Assembly (NCBI RefSeq): GCF_000400465.1
Contig: NW_008806284.1
Span: 206,001 to 268,000, forward strand
Source of the DNA: Wallemia ichthyophaga EXF-994
Lineage: Eukaryota > Fungi > Basidiomycota
DNA: 62,000 bases
Direction: 5' to 3'
Shown here: positions 33,386-47,101 of the stretch, piece by piece
How the letters are laid out: each line of letters begins with the position of its first letter
Numbering within the stretch: position 1 is the first letter of the stretch
The notes under the pieces: generated by a model
Database searches by the model: none
Seen by the model: only the letters and a program-made list of their open reading frames with translations
What the model was told of the DNA's origin: nothing
Program-made: the position numbers and the translations under genes

Positions 33386-34368
33386 GACATAGATGCATGA
33401 GCGGAGATACTAAAATTAATTGTGCGTTTAGGTGTGCATTTTGTGTGCAATTAGAGGTTAATGTGTGAATATAAAGAAAAATCTAATAATAAATTTGCAT
33501 TTCGTGCGTAGAAGGACAGAAGCCGAGATAAGGGCTAAGCTAAGACAAGGGGAAGGAGTGAAAGAATAGAGCTTGACAGACCAATAAACTACAGACACAG
33601 AAAGTAGGTAGACTAATAGCAATTTAACTATTATCAATAATTTGCGGGGTCTCGGCAACAAAATCGCTTACAAGTGAGGGGCAACAAGTGAGATACCGCA
33701 TTTGAAAGGAATAGCGGGTGAGTGTAAAAAGGGTGAAAGGAATTCAAGTGTTTAGCCCGCTAGAAGGCGGACTGTGCACGATGTAACACGTCGCATGATC
33801 CCCGCTGGTCGATCACACTGTACCAATTGCGGGGATGAGCCGCAAAAAGAAGTGACGATAGAGGATGGCGACAAGAATGTCAAGTAGAATCAGTGTGACA
33901 AGTGCTGCGCAAGGAATGTTGGGCGTAGATGAGATTTGTAGTGTGCCTGGCAAAAACTTCAGGGGCTTCTTGAGACCGGCAGAAGATCCGAGAGCGCCTA
34001 GAAATGAGGAGGAGGCGGGAGCAATTAAGTAAAGTAGTGGGATGGAAAACTAGAATGACACTGCAACTATTTTTAAGCACTTAAAAGTGATTACGTGCGT
34101 AAAGTCACCAATACGTCAGCCAATCAGGGGCCACGAAAAAGGGAGACAGAAGAAGAGCAATAGGCAATGTATATGAAAACAGACGCGTAAAATATTATTA
34201 AAATTAACATAATAAATCCGGTAAATTTTGATTTTTTTTTAAATCCCCAACAATTAAATTGCGGCGAGGAGAAATCTTTTTCTTCAACTTCCACATTGAA
34301 ATAAAAAGTCCAGCCACCCTTTCACTTTAAACACATTTAAAAGCTCAAGCAGGGCAATTAAAATAAAG

Positions 34369-37300
34369 ATGTCTACCCATGATGAAAAACCAGTAAGAGA
34401 GGGTGAAATTCCTTCAAAGGAGCAAGTGCCTCAAGAGGATGATGAATCACCTGGAGCTGAGTACTCGGCTTTGGTCAACTACATTCAAAATGTTGAACTT
34501 AGAAAGGGTGATGACGAAGCCCAAGAGGAAGACGACGTTACTTACAAACGCGTAAGTTTTTTAGGTTTCACCTAAATGGTATTTTTAACACGCGTTTAGA
34601 AATGGTATGCGCCTTGGAAAAAAGTTGAAATTAGACAACAAGGCGCAACTGTTCCTCCCGATTGGCTTACTGCCACTCACGCTTCAGGTGGTTTAAAGTC
34701 ATCCGACGTTGAACCACGCCGTAAGCGCTTTGGTTTCAACGAATTAGAATCTCCAGAAGAGAATCACTTCCTCAAATTCCTTGGTTTCTTCAGAGGCCCT
34801 GTTCTCTACGTTATGGAAGGTGCCGTCGCTCTTGCGGGTGGTCTTCGTGAATGGGTCGATTTCGGTGTCATTATTGGTATTCTTCTCCTCAACGCTTTCG
34901 TCGGTTTCTATCAAGAAAAACAAGCTGGTGATATTGTGGCCCAACTTAAAGCTGGTATCGCTCTGCGTACTACCGTTGTCCGCGACGGTCAAGAGACTGA
35001 AGTCGAAGCACGCGAACTTGTTGTTGGTGATATCGTCGTTATTGAAGAAGGTGCGACAATTCCAGGTGATTGTGAACTTCTTGCGGACTACAAGGATAAG
35101 GATGGCTCAAAAGCTGCCGACATCCTTCAAAAAGTCAAGGAAGACGCAAAGAGAGAAAAAACTGACGACGACGAAGAAAAGTTCGGCAAAGGTCCATCAA
35201 TTTTGGCCGCTGATCAATCCGCTATTACTGGTGAATCCTTAGCTGTTGACAAGTATGTTGGTGACATTGCTTTCTACACCACCATCTGTAAGCGTGGTAA
35301 GGTTTATGCACGTGTCAAGATGAGTGCACCAATCTCTTTCGTCGGTAAAACTGCTGCCCTTGTTTTAGGCTCGAACGACAAGGGTCACTTCGTTAAGGTC
35401 ATGAACATTATCGGTGGTACTCTCTTGGTTCTTGTCATTGTCTTCTTGTTCGCTGTCTGGATTGGTGGTTTCTTCCGTAACGTAGAGATCGCCCAACCAA
35501 GAGACAATAACTTACTTGTCTACACTCTTATCTTCGCTGTCATTGGTGTCCCAGTTGGTCTTCCAGTTGTTACCACCACTACTCTCGCCGTCGGAGCTGC
35601 TTATCTGGCTAAGCAACAGGCCATCGTTCAACAACTCACCTCCATCGAGTCTCTCGCCGGTTGTGATATTCTCTGTTCCGATAAGACTGGTACCCTTACA
35701 GCCAACAAACTTTCTATTCACGAACCATACACGGCTGAAGGTGTCGACATGGACTGGATGATGTGTGTTGCTGCTCTTGCCTCATCGCACAACGTCAAGT
35801 CTTTGGACCCTATCGACAAGATCACCATTTCTACCCTTAAGGAATACCCTCGCGCCACCGAAATGCTTAAGACTGGATGGATCACCAAGGACTTTAGACC
35901 TTTCGACCCAGTGTCCAAGCGTATTACTTCAATTGTTGAGCGCGACGGTGTTACCTACACTTGTGCCAAGGGTGCTCCAAACTCTATTCTCAAGATGTGC
36001 AACTGTCCACCACAAATTGCTCAAGCATTCCGTGACCAAACTATGGAGTTTGCTTCTAGAGGTTTCCGTTCCCTTGGTGTTTCAGTTCAAGAAAACAACG
36101 GTGATTGGCAAGTTCTTGGTTTACTTCCTATGTTCGATCCTCCACGTCACGATACTGCTGCCACTGTTGGTGAAGCGATTAAGCTCGGTGTTGGTGTGAA
36201 AATGTTGACTGGTGATGCCGTTGCTATCGCTAAGGAGACTTGTAAAATGCTCGGTATGGGCACTAAGGTGAGAAGTTTCTCTTCTTTTCAGTCCTTTCTA
36301 ACTTTTCGTAGGTTTATGACTCTCACAGACTTATTGGTGGTGGTTCTATGGCAGGTTCTGAAATGCACGACTTCATTGAATCCGCCGATGGATTTGGTGA
36401 AGTTTTCCCAGAACACAAGTACCAAATTGTTGAGATGCTTCAACATCGTGGTCACTTGACGGCCATGACTGGTGATGGTGTTAACGATGCCCCAGCCCTT
36501 AAAAAGGCCGATTGTGGTATTGCAGTCGAAGGTGCTTCAGACGCTGCTCGTTCAGCTGCTGCCGTTGTTTTCCTTGACGAAGGTCTTTCAACCATTATTA
36601 CTGCAATTAAGGTCGCTCGTGAAATTTTCCACCGTATGAAGGCTTACATTGTTTATCGTATCGCTCTCTGTCTTCATTTGGAAATCTACCTTACACTCTC
36701 TATCCTCATTATGAACGAAACTATTCGTGCAGACTTGATTGTCTGGATTGCATTGTTCGCTGATTTAGCCACAGTCGCTGTTGCATACGATAATGCCCCA
36801 TACGCACTTACTCCAGTTTCGTGGCAATTACCAAAGATATGGATCATGTCAACTGTTCTTGGTGCAATTCTCGCAGGTGGTACTTGGATTCTTAGAGGTA
36901 CGCTTTTCCTCAACAGCGGTGGTGTTATCCAAAATTGGGGTGGTATCGAGCACATTCTCTTCTTGGAGGTTTGTCTCACTGAGAACTGGTTGATTTTCTT
37001 AACCAGAACCGGTGCTGGTGAATTCAAGTGGCCATCATGGCAATTGGTTGGTGCTATTGGTGGTGTAGATATCCTTGCAACTCTCTTCACCCTGTTCGGT
37101 TGGTTCCACGCTGAAGATGACATGCACAACGGTCACACCGACATTGTCACTGTTGTTAAGGTTTGGTGTTTCTCTATCGCTGTTATGGTTATCTGTACCC
37201 TTGCGTACGTTATCATGAACAACTGGAAGTGGTTGGACAACCTCGGAAAGAGACAAGTTGGAAAGGTAGACAGACGCGTTGAGGACTTCATGAACGAGTT

Positions 37301-37388
37301 GCAACGTATCACTATCGTACATGAAAGATCTGATAGAGATGTCTACAGACTCTACGGTAGATCTCAAGGTCTTGATTCCGACAGTTAA
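34369..37388 (+). CDS. PMA1: Plasma membrane H+-ATPase (two introns)
   Basis: YVMEGAVALAGGL..WVDFGVIIGILLLNA, QSAITGES, GVPVGLPVV, CSDKTGT, FDPVSKR, DPPRHD, TGDGVNDAP. Confidence 0.96.
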
Positions 37389-37618
37389 ATGAGTTAATTA
37401 AATAGTGGTAAATTTTTAATTACTGGATTAATTACAGCAAATTCTAAACAATTCATTTTCAAGATTCTGACCTTATAGAAACATTTCTAGTTTTTTTTAA
37501 TTCTAATACTAACTTCAATCATTCATTAATTTGCTCTTTTGTGGCTACACCAAACTAGAAAATCTTTTTGTTAAATATAAATACATATTTGTTGTTTAAG
37601 TCAAGCAGTTCTTCGATT

Positions 37619-38249
37619 TCATAAGTTTTGTTGCATCTTTTTAATTGACTTTTCAAGTGACCGTAGTCGTGCGTCGTCTTGTTCGAGTAATGACGTCATC
37701 TTGTTCATGTGCTTCTTGAATGCCTCATTTTGATCTTCAAGCGTACTGTTATGTCCTTTGAGCTCTGTTACTTTCTTCTGTAGTCCACGTATCTTCTCGT
37801 TGTGCATCAGTATTAGCCCTTTCAGCTTTGCCATCTCTGAAACTGTTTTATCTTCTACATACGGCTCCGAATCACTCTGGCTATTTGGGTAAACAGAGAC
37901 GTTGCCAGAGCTCAAGTCAAGTGTGAATGTATTTCTAATGTGCTCCAATTCGTACGGCACGTCTTTGTACATCCTCCCCGCTAATGACTTGCAGCGATTA
38001 CATCTTAGCCAAACATACACTGCGCCGTAATCTTCAGATTTCTTACTCTGAAATCTATCTGCGGTGATCTCCAGATTATCGGTCACAGCTAATGATATCA
38101 ATATTTCGTTTCGTAGAGCTACGCGACGTACAACTCAGAGTAACACAGCTAAAAGCAATAGGCTGGCCAAATGGTGCAACGCCATCACCGAGAACCAATG
38201 CGCAGTGTATACATTGGAATAATTTTGTCCTGCCTTCGCTCTCGGCCAT
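37619..38249 (-). CDS. MIS18: Mis18 (Yippee-like) CENP-A loading factor, one intron
   Basis: LFQCIHCALVLGD ... LRCNRCKSLAGRMYKDVPYELEHIRNTFTL, then a coiled-coil tail. Confidence 0.8.
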
Positions 38250-38264
38250 CGTTGCACCCGTTCT

Positions 38265-40504
38265 ATGATGATGGTTCAAGATAAGGGCGAGACGCCTATG
38301 AAAATTGAGCAGATGGCTTCGCTCGCGCTGAGTATATTGACTCTGCTCATCATCTGCTCTCTCTGCTTGTCGTACTTCCTCCAGCAGAAGAAAATTAGGT
38401 CCGTACACGAGACTGTGATAGCGGTGTTTGCAGGTGATTATAGGTGCTTTGAGGTGGTATACGGTCTCTAAAAGTTTCCAGGTATGGTCGTCGGTCTGAT
38501 TATCAGGCTTAGTCCTGGTCATATCATTCGCGAAATGGTGGTCAGTTCATCCACTTCTTCAAGCATACGCTTACTCACACAATGAAAGACCTTCTCGCCG
38601 TCTCTCTTCTTTAACCTTCTTTTACCTCCAAGTTCGTTTCACTACGACACTCCTCCGACCCTAACACGCTTCTCGCACAGTTATACTCGATTCCGGCTAT
38701 AGACTACGTGAAGCGCATTTCTTCAGAAACATTATACCAATCCTCACTTTCGCATTGGCTGGCACTTTCATTTCGGCTGTCGTTATCGGGTAGGTTGCTT
38801 CAATCTATCAAGTCTTGAGCCACGCTCATTTATCCCAATAGTTTCGTCGTCTACGTCTTCTCTTTTTTACACATTTCCAGTCTCCAGATTAGTTTGGTGG
38901 AGTGTCTCATTCTCGGCTCAACGCTCTCAGCTACCGATCCAGTCACCATTTTGGCAATTTTTAACACTTTCAAGGTAGATCCAAAGCTCTACTCTGTTAT
39001 ATTCGGTGAAAGTATCCTCAACGATGCCGTCTCTATCGTCCTTTATGAAACTCTAAGCCAATTCCATGGCGCTGACTTGAAAATGTCTTCCTTCTTCAGA
39101 GGCGCTGGTATTTTCTTCCTTTCGTTCAGTGGTTCTATGGCTCTCGGTGTGACCTTTGCCTTGGCTTGTAGTCTGGGTTTAAAACACTCCAAAGTCGGCT
39201 CCTTCCCCGGTATTGAAAGCTGTTTGGTGTCACTTATCGCCTACACTTCCTACTTTTTTTCGAACGGTATTGGCATGAGTGGTTTGTCAGCCTTTCACAG
39301 CTTTATAATCCCATTCTCATTTCACTCCAGGTATCGTGTCTCTCATTTTCTGCGGTATCACTCTGAAGCACTATGCTTACCACAATATGAGTACGAAGAC
39401 ACAACGAACTACCAAATCCATGTTTCATGTCCTTGCGCAACTCTCCGAAAACTTCATTTTTGTGGGTTTAACGGTTACTTGAGACAATTTCAACTCAATC
39501 TTTCTAGATCTACCTCGGTATCACTCTTTTCACGCAAGATGCTACGGAATTCAAGCCTATATTCATCGTTGTTGCTAGTCTGGCTGTCGTCATTGGTAGA
39601 TATATGACAGTATTTCCACTCTCCAAAGCCATCAATATGGTATACAGGTCAAAAGGACAAAGAGCTCCCGAGCTGCCACATAGCCATCAAGTGAGAGAAT
39701 CGTTTTCTTGCAACTTTAGCGCTGACGTTTATCACCCAGATGATGCTCTTCTGGGCTGGCTTGAGAGGTGCAGTTGGCGTAGCCTTGGCAGCTGGCATCA
39801 CAGGCAAGAACGCAGCAGCGCTGCGCACAACAGTTCTGATCGTCGTCGTATTGACTGTCGTCGTCTTCGGTGGCACGACATCTAGAATGCTGGAGGTGAT
39901 GGGCATCAAGATGGGTGTTGAAGATGATGAGGCGTCAAGCGATGAAGAGGACGACTATCCAACGCCTTCAGGAGTCAGGGGAGGATTGAGCAACTATCAA
40001 TACTTTAATCACCAAACAGAAGCATTGTCTCCGCAATACCAAGACAATGATATAGAAGAGGGAATCAACTTAGTGATTCCGAAGCAGCAGGATGTAAATC
40101 TCAAACAGGCAACTTCCTCAGCATCCCTTCAAAAGTCAAATTCGCCTTCGAAACGTGGAGAATCTACAGATAGGCGATCTAAGAGTTTGAATGCTGGCAG
40201 TTCAAGCAAACAACCAGTGCTCGATCTCGAGGATGATGACAATGAAGTGTTGCCCGTAGCAAACACCTCGAAAATTCCAAACAATCATGACCATGAGGGT
40301 GATATGGATAACAGCAGATTTGTTTTCAAAGACGGAAAGTGGTTCACTGACCTGGACGAAAGATACCTACTGCCACTTTTTAGCAATAGCGTTGCCAGTC
40401 GGCGTCACAATGCACGCAAAACTAACTCCAGACGTAATCTGCAGGAAGCAGAATCCAGTCCGTCTAACAACTCTAATTTAAGTCTCAATGAAGGCGGCTT
40501 ATAA
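38265..40504 (+). CDS. NHX1: Endosomal Na+(K+)/H+ exchanger, multi-exon
   Basis: KIRSVHETVIAVFAG, FFNLLLPP, FFRN, LSATDPVTIL, FGESILNDAV, WAGLRGAVGVALA. Confidence 0.93.
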
Positions 40505-43500
40505 TGTGCTGAATTAGTTGGTTATTTGCCTGTTTGTATTCTTGAATATGCATCAGTGCGCTTATCGAATTGTATACGTTGTAAAGGTCACCACAAGTGA
40601 TTCTCTTCTTCATTCAACTTACATCACTATGTGCGACGAGAAATTACGGGTTAGAGGATGTTGTGAGAGCCCTGAAAAGTATATTCTGATATATTGTACC
40701 ATCCTTGGATTTCGTTGTTGCCTTTGCTTAGTCACATATTAGCTGGAGAAATGGATATGTGAAAGAGATTAATACGCATTTTAATAGCTTATTGAATTTT
40801 TACATATATCATGACATCCATTCTCTTCAATACACCCCAAAAAAAAGTCAATCTGGGAAACTTCTCCGCATCTCTAATGATGTCAAGATTTGTTTTGGGA
40901 TGACAGGGTGATGAAAATGGTTCTTTTAGGACTATCAAACGCTTGCAGTAGTATGAGCTGTTTAATTGAATTGCGTATACTCAAGATTAAGTGAGAAGAC
41001 GAATGCAGAGATACAATATACGGACAAATTGGATAATTTAGCAAAGTCAGTATTTCGTGAAATTCCTGTTCTTTCGAACATCACCTCGTCTCAGCCTTAC
41101 TCTCAATAGCCCCTGAGTTGGATTCTCGACCACCACTATATCTCATCTCAGATGACTGATTTACGAGTTTTTATAATGTCCAAATAAAAAAGCTTCATAT
41201 ATAGCCCTACATGAGCTGTGCAAGATGTTGCCAGATATATGTCCCTGAGCATTTGTTCGCGCCCTGTAGACTCTTCGGAAGTTAGAATACAACGTCGTTC
41301 AGGAGCACGCTTTAGGTTAAATATAAAGGATTTCACTCGCTTCATTGATTTTAACAAAATTTATCAGCTAATACAGATTACAAGCACCCAAGATCTCATT
41401 TATTCGGCTGTACAAACGCGATTTACGTTTTCCGACTATTAGCGTCCCCAGGAATTAAGCTGGCTGCATGAAAAAGTTTTTAAACATGCAGGATCATCGC
41501 AACAATATTGAAACCACTTAATGCAATAAAAGTTGAAGGTATCTCAGTACTAAATTTGGGGCTTTGGCTCGATCGGGTGACTTTAGAAATATGGATAATC
41601 ATCGTAGAGAGGTTATCAATGCTGCTTTGGACCCTTGTTATTCGCGGCTTATTATGGTAGAGCCTTTTAAGCTACCACATTAGCTTTCCAGCAGCAAGTC
41701 ACATCTGACTAAAAGAGTACAAAGTTATCACTACGCTATTCATGAAAAACTTACCTTAATTTTCTTTTCGATTTCACTAGCTACCGAATGATACCGATAT
41801 CGCTCATGTTATCACTTGTTTTGGTGCTATCATGGACAGACTGAACATGCTATCGTAAGACTACCGAAGCATACCAATTCCTTCAACTGGCAAAATTCAC
41901 AGAAGCTCGTGTGCTCTAATGATACATTTTGCTTTTTAAAGCGAAACATAGACCACAATCACCCAAGTTGCACAAGTACATACCTTTCAAAACGCGTGTT
42001 ACAAAGTCAGACGCACTGACTTTAGCGATTTCGACAAAAATCAATTTTGTTGTCAGGAATAACTTATTACCACTACGTAATTTCAGAAAAGAAGGAGTAG
42101 ATGTCACTCCAACTTTGAAATCGGGCGTTTAGCTTCTGATCAGTGCATTTCAAATTTTCATAAAATAGGGTGAATAGAAAGGTGGTTAAGACAATATGGA
42201 ATTTTATATGTCATGATTATAGGAATGTATGTTTTTGGATGCCAAGTCGCACTTAACCCCCACCGGCCTCAATTCCTGTACTTGCTGGTAACACGCCTTA
42301 GCAGCCATCGCACCTCAACGAGCTGACAACATCATTCGTTTCTGTAATACCAGGAAATACTTCTGGTGTGTCATTTGGAAGAGACGCTAGGATTTCAAGT
42401 TGCAGGGGAACTAGTTCAGGCTGCAAAAAAATGACTTGTTCAAATTTCGAAGATCAAAATGACTACGCAGGGAACGAGACCTAGACAAAATTAAGCTAAT
42501 AAGTCATTGCCTTTAATTACAATTAACGCTTTGTCTTATCAATTAATTTAATCTGCCCGTCCTAAAACTGTGAAACCCATGGGTAAACGTCGTATTCTAA
42601 CTCTGTGTTGATTCTACGACGTATGAGTCAAAAAATAAAGAAAGCCATATGCTTGATTCACTAACGTATAGCCTATATATGTCAGGCTTCCATCTCCTAA
42701 AAACGAAATGAAGGGAGATATGGTTATTTCCAACGAATGGTATGTAAATGCTTACGTTATCGCAACAAAAATCGTGAGCAAACGGAAATAATAATTAACG
42801 GGATTGTACGAACGTCTTTAAAAGACACCTGAAGAGGCATCTACATTACTCATTTTGTCAAATATATGTTGATTTCAAAATTTGTATTAATTTTATCTCT
42901 TTTAGGTGTACAGGCCATTCCCCAACCAAACAAACTGAAACTTAAGAAATTAAGGATTTGTAATCTGTGAGTACTGAAGAGCCACGATACCTTGTACTAC
43001 ATATTGTATTTTATGGCTGTAAAAGCCAATTCTCAGGCAATTAAAGCAGATATGTTAGTTGATGGACCCTTTCTTTATTCCACATACTTCTTACCATCTT
43101 AAATTACCATACATGAATCTGTGACTGCTTTATTAGTTGACTTATTTTATAATTGAACCCTTATCGGCTAGTGTTCTCAGAAAATATCCATATTGTAGAC
43201 TACGAAGGCCAAGCTGCTTTCCCACAGTTGTAATATTGCAATATTAGCTTACAGTTTTTGCTGTGAAAGCTATTTATCAAGTTAAAATCCTAGGCTTGAC
43301 AGTGCATTCTCAACAGATAAAGTGAAATTAGTTTGAAAACTTCGATAAGTAACGAAAACAAATCGAAACGACTCCTGCGTCACAACGTAATGCAGGACAT
43401 ACCTGTAATATAAAATCTGTTAAAAGCTGCAGGCTGTCAATAGCACAAGAGTAGAAAAAGATAAAAATTAAGCAGAAGACAATTTTATAGTTCAACATCT

Positions 43501-46500
43501 AGTATTGTTGTCCAAAACCTGAAAAAATATAAACAACGAATATTACTTAAGGTATACTTAAAAGAATACAGGCCATTAAAAAGACATTTGACTTTAACCC
43601 TTATAAATTCAATTATTGTTAAGGCAGGCTTTTGTCCGTTAAGTTAGACGTCTTTTGTTACTCCTACATCTTTTTAAAACGGATGAAACTGTATTTATCA
43701 TGAATATTCACTCTAGCTTAACCATGAAAAGATAATTTAATAACAAAGGCTTAGACGTTATAGTTTTCAAGATCACTGAAACATTTAAGAGCCAAGTCAA
43801 CAGCCTTGAATCTAATATGGTAAAAGTATTTTCAAGTATACCGAGAACAACTTATGACAATTAATAGTTTTGATTCATTGCGATAAGTTGGTATTCTTCC
43901 GTGTTCGACAAATTTTGTATATTCATTTCAAGTTTACATCTGGTTTTAATGCGAATTAAAAGCTATGTCTTTGATTGACTATGAGTCACCCATGATTCTA
44001 ATCTTTACAAAAATGCAATCAATATTGCATTCTCTTGTAAGAAGTAGTCAAACTTAGCGATTGTGATTTCCTTCATGTGAATTAATATCAAAAAAATAAC
44101 AGTATGATCGTTGTAATCCATAATTTTTAAGATTTAGCATTTATTGTGGTTACAAATATCAACACTGCAAAGTCTGAATGAGATTGAGATTGGTTTAGAG
44201 AAATTTACGTTGGAGACTCTATTGGCATGGGTGATCTTTAAAAAGATGTTCGACTTCATGGATTAAAATTAACCTTATAAGAATGTTTTGAATCATAAAG
44301 TGCTTTCGAGAGACTTGCACAACACCTAATGTTGTGCGGCTAACCAATATTTGTCAATAATGAACATGTAGAACTTTTTAATTAAATTTGTGGATACAAA
44401 CTGAAAAAGTCTGATACGGTTTCACGGGATTCACTTTTCAAATTATGAGATTACTCTCTTTCATGCGAAGTTTAAAAGTATTTTCAATTCTACCTCTTCA
44501 GCTACCATGGCTAAGCTGGTGTATATTTATTATATATTTTCAGGAACTTTATTCACAGTAGGGCCTTTTTCACCAAAGGTCAGTTTTATTGAACAAATTT
44601 ACGAGATAATCCCCCATGTATTATACTATGAGTGGGGTTCAGTATGGATTCAGAGTAACATGTATTAAGATCGTAGACTTATTTTTACTACTTTCAAAGT
44701 CATACCACTAATCGCAATCCGAAAGCTTTTGTGTAAAAAATTAGGCAAAAACATAAAGTCGTTTTGTGGTTTGAACGCAATAAAACGGTCGTAAATAAAC
44801 AATTATTTGTTACGGTTGCCATGGAATTAACAATAAGAAAGTAAACAGTATATAAGGTTTCATTCGCTCTCAGCATGAAGTTGTTAGTGAGCATATACCA
44901 GGGAGTTGCTAAGCATTCAAAGAACATATATTGTTTTGAATAGAAACATTAATGACATGTAATGATGGTTGTTCTTACTAACTTGAAACCATCATGCGAT
45001 TCTGAAGATGTACTAGCAAAGCAAAAAGTCTAGCTCAAGTTTACCAAGAGCCTTTAATTACTCAGCAGGAAGAGTACAGATATATCTTCTTGTTACAGAT
45101 CCTAGTGCTCATAATTAGGCAATTTAAATATGCGTTGAAGTATGATCCTCATAGTGTGTACAAGGCGAAAGATACGATCAGATGATTTATCGGTTCGCTT
45201 TTCTGTTACTTTAAAAATATCTTACCCACGTTAATGCAAAGTAGCATACTAATGGAGAAAATTGATCTCCTCGTTCTTATTTATGCGATCATGGCATTTC
45301 TAAATTGGAATCCTAATAAATTTCAGTTGGTCCATTCTTGTTTGTTTAGTTATTTTTTTTTTCAAATGTCACTCTTAGCTCACGCCACTTTTAAGTTATT
45401 TTGTGCGGAAAAGTGTGGGGCGCTCCACAAAAAGTGCAGAGTTTTGCGTGGACCATTGAAAAGTTATGCACTCGTCTGATACAGTATAAGAATTTCTATT
45501 CGTTTGAATGGAGCTAATACACCACATAATGTGTCTTTATCGCATATCAACTACAGGTGCTTAAGTAGCATAGCCATTCTCACCCTCAAGGATACCTTCA
45601 AAGTAATGGTTTAGTAAAATCGGACTATGAGCCTTTATTGAACCGCAAAATACTGCCAAATACTTTAAATTCAGGTTCAATCGTGTCAAAGGCTCGAAAT
45701 AATGAGAAATACATGTTGTTATCATTGACATTCTGTCTAATTTAGGTAGAAAATGGTTGACAATAATTAAGTCAACGTGTTTTTTTTTTTTTTCGGACAC
45801 GGATATCGCATCTTCGCTCAATCTTAGGACGTCAAGAGCTTTCGACTTGGCCAGCGAGTTCAACAACGATTGTTTATGCAATTCGTGCCATTATTGCGCC
45901 CAGGAAAGCACAATTTCGTCAAGTCTCAACTTATCAAGCATCTCACCTCCACTTAATTTGTATTATAGAATATCGCCGACCGCGGACCATCAGGGTAACT
46001 TCACATTTTCTCCTAAAGTTAGCCTTACCAGTGCACTCATTTGGCAGTTTTATGAGCAGGTGTGTTGCGACTCTGATCAGTGCATGATCTTCCTTTATAT
46101 TGTTGAACTCATTATGGCTTAAGCGCTCTTGGGCGTTCTTTTATTAAATTGACCTGCTGGTTTTCAGAATTTAGTAAATGTAGGTATATCTGTATAATTC
46201 GCAATTTTTTCAACAGTTTTTGCACCTATTTATGATATATAGCTATATTTGCTCAATTTTTATTGATGTTATGTCTTATCATATTACTTCCATCGCACAA
46301 CGAAGTATTTAGCAAATCTTGCAAGTGACAGGCTGCAGGATTGCGGATTGGCTTCTAAGCGAATAAGCAGATAGAACATGTGAAATTAGTGAAATAAATT
46401 TAGAGTCGTCGTGAGAAATGGCGCGTGATGACAATTGGATAAAAATGTTTGGATTACATTCGTTGATTTACACTGATGAAATGGAATATGAAGAAATATG

Positions 46501-47101
46501 GACGTGAATTCGGCGGTATGGGTGGCGTACGAAGCGTTTAACAGCAAGGATTTTGATATCTACCTCACGCCTTTCGTCAATGCTTTTAATTTTTATCTTC
46601 AACTTAATGCTTATAATATTTAAAGGTCTCATTGACTTGAGAAATAATTTGGGCCCAGCCAATTATTCCAATAATAGTGGTTTTATTATGCACTCACAAT
46701 ACTCAGGACATGTCTTTTTTTAGTTGCCCCGAAGAAAGCTAATTGAAAGACTTCCATGACGAACATTATTTCAACTCAAAGTAGAAAAAATGTAAGACAA
46801 CTGGTATACTTCTTTATCGAGCTTTTGCAATGATATTTTGAGAACTGAATGAATATCCTGGAGATTATGGTTATCATTGAATAACTAATTTCCCTAAGGA
46901 GATCTTTAGCCCAATAATCATAGATCAGCTTCATTTGCGCCATCACCAACTAACACTCTGCGCAAATCTTTCGCCTGTCACCCAATTCCCTTACTCCTTC
47001 AAGTTCAAGCGTGTAAAAGTATTCTAATTTTTAAAGATTTGCTTTTAGCTCATGCATTCATACTGTAAAACAAATTTTCTAAAACAACGCGATTTAATAA
47101 T
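40505..47101. other. AT-rich gene-free island (candidate regional centromere or decayed-repeat region)
   Basis: 6,597 nt between the stop codons of convergent NHX1 and sorbitol dehydrogenase genes; only short unrecognisable ORFs; hand count of 43381-43800 gives about 30% GC versus about 47% in a spot-counted PMA1 line. Confidence 0.6.

Noticed and set aside
41540-41830. LNLGLWLDR and YRMIP peptides reminiscent of LINE reverse transcriptase C-terminal motifs
   Set aside because: They are in different frames, no YADD or other RT core was found, and chance similarity is likely; a profile search would be needed.
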